A DNA stretch of 64,000 bases from a virus (Duplodnaviria > Caudoviricetes), in the IMG/VR virus record IMGVR_UViG_3300030376_006242. One strand, 5' to 3'. The notes below the pieces were generated by a model. The model searched no databases, was not told where the DNA came from, and was given only the letters and a program-made list of their open reading frames with translations. Shown here piece after piece: positions 59,864 to 64,000 of this stretch. Each line of letters opens with the position of its first letter. Within the stretch, counting starts at the first letter, position 1. The position numbers and the translations under genes are program-made.

Positions 59864-60838
59864 ATGGCAAGTTTAAAAGGATTATTAACTACTAGAAACC
59901 CAGCAGAGATGATTGAAAACAATCTCGAAACTGGATACATTTATTCATACACTTCAGGCACGAATTACTCAAAATTTTGTAATGGTATTTGTTGGACTGC
60001 TAGAGTAGACGGCACAGCAACTATTGAAGTTTGGGGTGCAGGTGGTTCAGGTGCTAGAATGTGTTGTTGTGGTGATGGATTACCAGGCAACGCAGGTGCA
60101 TACGTACAGAAAAAAATAACAGTAGAAGCAGGTGATACAATGACTGGTCAAACAGGACACAGTTGTTATGCTCACCCATTATGTCACTCAGGTTGTTCAG
60201 AGCAATCAGAAGTTTGTTGGGTAACATCAGCAAACGGTAATGGTTGTATATGTTCAAGAGGTGGTTATGGTGGTAAAACTATGTGTACTACAGGTTCTTC
60301 ATTGTTCTGTTGTTACAGAGCACAAGGTTTCTGTTACACAAAATGCAACAATGATAACTGTGGACTAGTATGTAACGTTTGTAACGGTCACTGGTGTTCA
60401 TTAGGATACGGCGGTGACGCAGGTAAAAACTGTTGCGGACAGTTTTCATGTGCTAGTTTCTTTGGTTGTTGTCCACACTGTAAGTGTAGATTCCAACAAC
60501 ACGTGGCTACACCGGCTGGTCTATTTTCAGAAGAAGGTTCTTTGATTACTTTCCAAAAAGAATCGGATGGAACTCCGATGTCACAATGGTCAGGTAACCA
60601 ATTATTTCAGTGGTATGCGGCACTTAACTTGGCAACTAAAACGCCAAGACAAGGTAGTCCAGATGCTCACTGTTGGAGATCAACAAGATCTTGCGGATGT
60701 TATGAGATGCAAGGTTGTAACAATTATCTACCTGTTGGAGCAGGCGGACTATCACCAAACCCATGTCCAGATGTAAGAGATCACGGAATTAGAGGTGGAT
60801 TTGGTGGAGTTAGAATCAAGTTTGTTCCGGCAAGTTAA
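59864..60838 (+). CDS. Cys/Gly-rich protein 3
   Basis: About 32 Cys in 324 aa, same motifs. Confidence 0.7.
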   Translation: MASLKGLLTTRNPAEMIENNLETGYIYSYTSGTNYSKFCNGICWTARVDGTATIEVWGAGGSGARMCCCGDGLPGNAGAYVQKKITVEAGDTMTGQTGHSCYAHPLCHSGCSEQSEVCWVTSANGNGCICSRGGYGGKTMCTTGSSLFCCYRAQGFCYTKCNNDNCGLVCNVCNGHWCSLGYGGDAGKNCCGQFSCASFFGCCPHCKCRFQQHVATPAGLFSEEGSLITFQKESDGTPMSQWSGNQLFQWYAALNLATKTPRQGSPDAHCWRSTRSCGCYEMQGCNNYLPVGAGGLSPNPCPDVRDHGIRGGFGGVRIKFVPAS

Positions 60839-60876
60839 TAGTAATTTGATAAATAAAACTGTAAGAGGATAAAAAA

Positions 60877-61533
60877 ATGGCAATAGAAAAAGCATTTAAC
60901 ATTAAAATACCAAATCAACCATACGTTGATGATTTTTCTGACGATAAAGAACAAGCATCAGTATACAACGGCGAAAGATACATTAAATTTCAATATCACG
61001 CTACTACTGGTCATATCGTAAATGTTATCGGTAACGGTGACACAGAAGAAGAAATGGTGGCTAATGAAGGTCCTTTAATGGAAGGTCATCTTCCAGCAGT
61101 AATAGACGCAGATGCGGCTCCATTACACGCGGCATTAATCACAAGACAATACACAACAGGTGATGTTGCTGATTACACAGAAAATTTAGGCACAACAGAT
61201 GCTGAAGGAAACGCAGAAACTTGGGAACACTATTGGAACGATGGTACAGGTCTTCTTTCACAAATTTACAACATTGAAACAATGAAATGGGAAAACAACG
61301 CAATAGTAATGCCAGAATTTAAAACACACGGAATTACAAGAGAATCTTTTTTAGAAGGAATTAATCAACAAATAGCGGCTTGTACAACAGAATTAGCAAG
61401 AAGTGATGTATACAGCGATGGCGAAATAGCAGAGATCACAGCATACAAAACTACTTTAGAAGGTATCGAAGCAAAATATGATGGTGTTGATCATTGGAAA
61501 ATTCCTTTCCCACAATCACCAACATTTAAATAA
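60877..61533 (+). CDS. Putative fibre-assembly chaperone-like protein (paralog of 61994)
   Basis: IP..PY.D.FS, Y.G.RY.KF, C..ELAR and C-terminal HWK..FP..P, reminiscent of Tfa chaperone ends. Confidence 0.5.
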   Translation: MAIEKAFNIKIPNQPYVDDFSDDKEQASVYNGERYIKFQYHATTGHIVNVIGNGDTEEEMVANEGPLMEGHLPAVIDADAAPLHAALITRQYTTGDVADYTENLGTTDAEGNAETWEHYWNDGTGLLSQIYNIETMKWENNAIVMPEFKTHGITRESFLEGINQQIAACTTELARSDVYSDGEIAEITAYKTTLEGIEAKYDGVDHWKIPFPQSPTFK

Positions 61534-61542
61534 TAATTTCTT

Positions 61543-61929
61543 ATGGCAACTTTAACAAGAGTAAGCGGATCCGGACTATCAACAGCAGGAAACGTTTTTT
61601 ACCCAGGTGCATTTGCATTTAAAATTTTAGTAAAAATTGCAAACGGTACAGCAGTTGATTTAAGAGGTGAAGATGATGCTATTGACGAAACAGTAGAAGC
61701 AATTTGCAAAGAAATTAATCCTTTAATTTATCATACTACAGACGACAACAGTGGTACAATGACTGTTGTATGTGATAACAGTGCAACAGCGGCAGACTTA
61801 CAAGCACGTATTAGATTAATTGGTAGAGCGGAAAACTATCCAACAAGCACAGTTACAGCAGTTGGCCCAAATACTATTGATACAAGCGGTACATTAGTAA
61901 CTCTCGCGGCAACATTAATAGCGACATAA
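61543..61929 (+). CDS. Hypothetical, probable small virion protein
   Basis: 128 aa, A/T/G-rich, DLR.EDDA.DETVE.I.KEINPL. Confidence 0.55.
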   Translation: MATLTRVSGSGLSTAGNVFYPGAFAFKILVKIANGTAVDLRGEDDAIDETVEAICKEINPLIYHTTDDNSGTMTVVCDNSATAADLQARIRLIGRAENYPTSTVTAVGPNTIDTSGTLVTLAATLIAT

Positions 61930-61993
61930 TCCAAAAATACAATAATCACTTTTAGTTACAATTCAGAGTTACTGGAAATAAGTATTTCTAGTT

Positions 61994-62659
61994 ATGATAC
62001 TACATAAAGATCAATTAAGTAAATTTCAGTTCGAAATGGAGATTCCTGACGAACCCTATCTTGATAATTTCAGTCAAAACAAAACACACACAGCATATTA
62101 CGTTGGCGATAGATATCTAAAATTCGCAGTTGAAGAAGACACAGGCATTGTAAAAGAATGTATGTGGAGAGCACCAACAATAGAAGACCTAGAAAAAAGA
62201 AAAATTTATCCTGAACCTGGACATTATGTAATCACTATTGATGCCAAAGAATATCCGTGGGAAGCATCTTATTTGACAAACGCATACGAACATGAACCTG
62301 TGCCTTTATATGAAGAAGATGTTGGACAACTAGACAGTGATGGCAATCCAATTATTTGGGATTATGATTGGGGTCATGTTTTAAATCAAATTTACTATAT
62401 CAATGACTTGAAATACATAGACGGAAAATTTGTAAAGCCATCATTTAGATTTCATCAACACAAAGATGAAGACATATGGGAGGATATCGATGACCATATT
62501 GAAATGTGCGAAAGAGAATTGGCAAGATTAGTTTATGAACCTAATGAAAGAGAAAAAATTGAATCATGTAAAGCACAATGGATCAACATAAGAGATAATT
62601 TTAGACACGTAAAACACTGGAAGTTAAAATATCCTGATATGCCATTAATAAAACCATAG
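61994..62659 (+). CDS. Putative fibre-assembly chaperone-like protein (paralog of 60877)
   Basis: Shares the motifs listed for 60877. Confidence 0.5.
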   Translation: MILHKDQLSKFQFEMEIPDEPYLDNFSQNKTHTAYYVGDRYLKFAVEEDTGIVKECMWRAPTIEDLEKRKIYPEPGHYVITIDAKEYPWEASYLTNAYEHEPVPLYEEDVGQLDSDGNPIIWDYDWGHVLNQIYYINDLKYIDGKFVKPSFRFHQHKDEDIWEDIDDHIEMCERELARLVYEPNEREKIESCKAQWINIRDNFRHVKHWKLKYPDMPLIKP

Positions 62660-62708
62660 AATCACTATCGTAATTCTACAAAAAATAAATTTATAAGTAA
62701 TTGTACAA

Positions 62709-63662
62709 ATGAGCACAGAACAAAAAAGACCTAAAGCATTCTTACTTAATGGCGGCATGGGAAGAATTATATCTGCTATTCCAGCCTTAGAAAAATATCA
62801 AGAAGAAGGAAATGATCCAAATTTTATCGTAGTAATAGAAGGAGTGTGTGACATAATGAAAGGTCATCCAACACTGGATTCTAAAACTTACGATATGTAT
62901 CATAAAAATTTATTTCACACAAAATTAGTCAACATGGACATTGTAAGTCCAGAGCCTTATAGAGTACATGAATATTTTAATCAAAAATGTAACATTGCTC
63001 AAGCATTTGATTTATTAATAAACAACAAAGGCTTAAGAGACTTACCTAAGTCAACACTTGTTTTAAGCAAAGAAGAATTAATAGCAGGAAGACAAGCAGT
63101 TGATCAAGTAAAAGAAAAACTTAAAAAAGAAAAAGTTGTTGTGATACAACCTTTTGGCAGAGCAATAGAACAAATTGATGGTTCTTTTGTAGATAAAACA
63201 AACAGAAGTATAGAGTTTTTCAATTTAAAAAGATTAATTAAAAAATTACAGGAAAAAGATTTTGCTGTTATGTTAATGTCAGAGTTTGGAATTGATTTTA
63301 AAGATGCTGGATTTCCAGATGAAGTTGCTATGCCTGAAAAAGTTGAATTAAGACAATGGGCATCAATTATAAAACACGCAGACCATTTTTTAGGATGTGA
63401 TTCATTGGGACAACACCTTGCTTACAGTTTAGATACGCCAGCAAGTGTAGTGTTTGGTGCTACATATCCAGAAAACACATCATATGCAAAATCAGATAAG
63501 TTTAACATCATAGATTTAGGACAAATGGTACGTGAATATGATCCAATTAGAATAACAATGGATGAAAGAATTAGTAGAAAACAAGAACAAATAATGACAA
63601 TGACTCCTGAAATAGAAGATTATGTAGTATCAGCAGTAAACGGTGACCCAATAGAGGATTAA
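62709..63662 (+). CDS. Glycosyltransferase family 9-like (heptosyltransferase fold)
   Basis: GGMGR.I..IPA, IQPFG, II..AD.FLGCDS..QHLA..L..P..V.FG.T.P. Confidence 0.75.
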   Translation: MSTEQKRPKAFLLNGGMGRIISAIPALEKYQEEGNDPNFIVVIEGVCDIMKGHPTLDSKTYDMYHKNLFHTKLVNMDIVSPEPYRVHEYFNQKCNIAQAFDLLINNKGLRDLPKSTLVLSKEELIAGRQAVDQVKEKLKKEKVVVIQPFGRAIEQIDGSFVDKTNRSIEFFNLKRLIKKLQEKDFAVMLMSEFGIDFKDAGFPDEVAMPEKVELRQWASIIKHADHFLGCDSLGQHLAYSLDTPASVVFGATYPENTSYAKSDKFNIIDLGQMVREYDPIRITMDERISRKQEQIMTMTPEIEDYVVSAVNGDPIED

Positions 63663-63664
63663 TT

Positions 63665-64000
63665 ATGGATGACATAGAAAAATATAACAAAACAGGTTAC
63701 ATTGCCGCAATAGCCAGAGGACACAATGCAGGTGTTTGTCTATTAAAAGACGGTGAAGTAGTATTTTCAATTGAAGAAGAAAGATTATCAAGAAGAAAAT
63801 ATGACGGTGGACCATATGCTTCAATGGTAGAAATTTTAAAATACACAGACAAGATTGATTATCTTGTTGTTGCTCACACACAAAGTTTAGAAGACAGATC
63901 AACTGGTAGAGTAGACTATTCAGGAGATGATGTTTACACAGGAATAGCAAGAAAATTAGGATTAATTGATAGACACGTATTTGACACAAAACATCCTCAA
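63665..64000 (+). CDS. Carbamoyltransferase (NodU/CmcH family), N-terminal part, truncated by the window
   Basis: MDDIEKYNKTGYIAAIARGHNAGVCLLKDGEVVFSIEEERLSRRKYDG matches the H(D/N)...L..DG....EEER..R.K signature. Confidence 0.8.
   Translation, partial: MDDIEKYNKTGYIAAIARGHNAGVCLLKDGEVVFSIEEERLSRRKYDGGPYASMVEILKYTDKIDYLVVAHTQSLEDRSTGRVDYSGDDVYTGIARKLGLIDRHVFDTKHPQ

Noticed and set aside
57860-60838. Multiheme cytochrome interpretation of the Cys-rich proteins
   Set aside because: No CxxCH motifs and no export signals.
1-64000. Stop-codon reassignment as seen in some jumbo phages
   Set aside because: Core genes are full length in the standard code and coding density is high.

Overview
AT-rich fragment of a large T4-like (myovirus-type, probably jumbo) phage genome. 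No tRNA, rRNA, CRISPR array or IS was seen. 1-16915 (minus strand) is a baseplate module: a giant >2400-aa wedge protein that runs off the window, gp6, gp25, PAAR, gp5, a hub protein, gp53 and a gp48/54-like protein. 16993-21336 (plus) carries the late sigma factor gp55, gp47/gp46, a small basic protein and a stand-alone GIY-YIG nuclease. The nuclease gene is followed directly by a ~385-nt GC-enriched non-coding element that folds densely and includes a pseudoknot; this is the top candidate for an undescribed nuclease+RNA system. Next come a HemD-like gene, a gp26-like gene with a probable -1 frameshift extension, a tape-measure-like gene and the head module (gp20, gp21, gp22, gp23). A sigma70-promoter cassette (lipoprotein, N-terminally truncated HemB, hypothetical) follows the capsid gene. 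About 28 kb of paralogous fibre/virion genes come after it, including two structured 5' leaders, a possible type-1-copper domain and three tandem ~10%-cysteine proteins. The window ends with a GT9 glycosyltransferase and a partial carbamoyltransferase. All calls come from motif recognition by eye; no database searches or folding programs were run.
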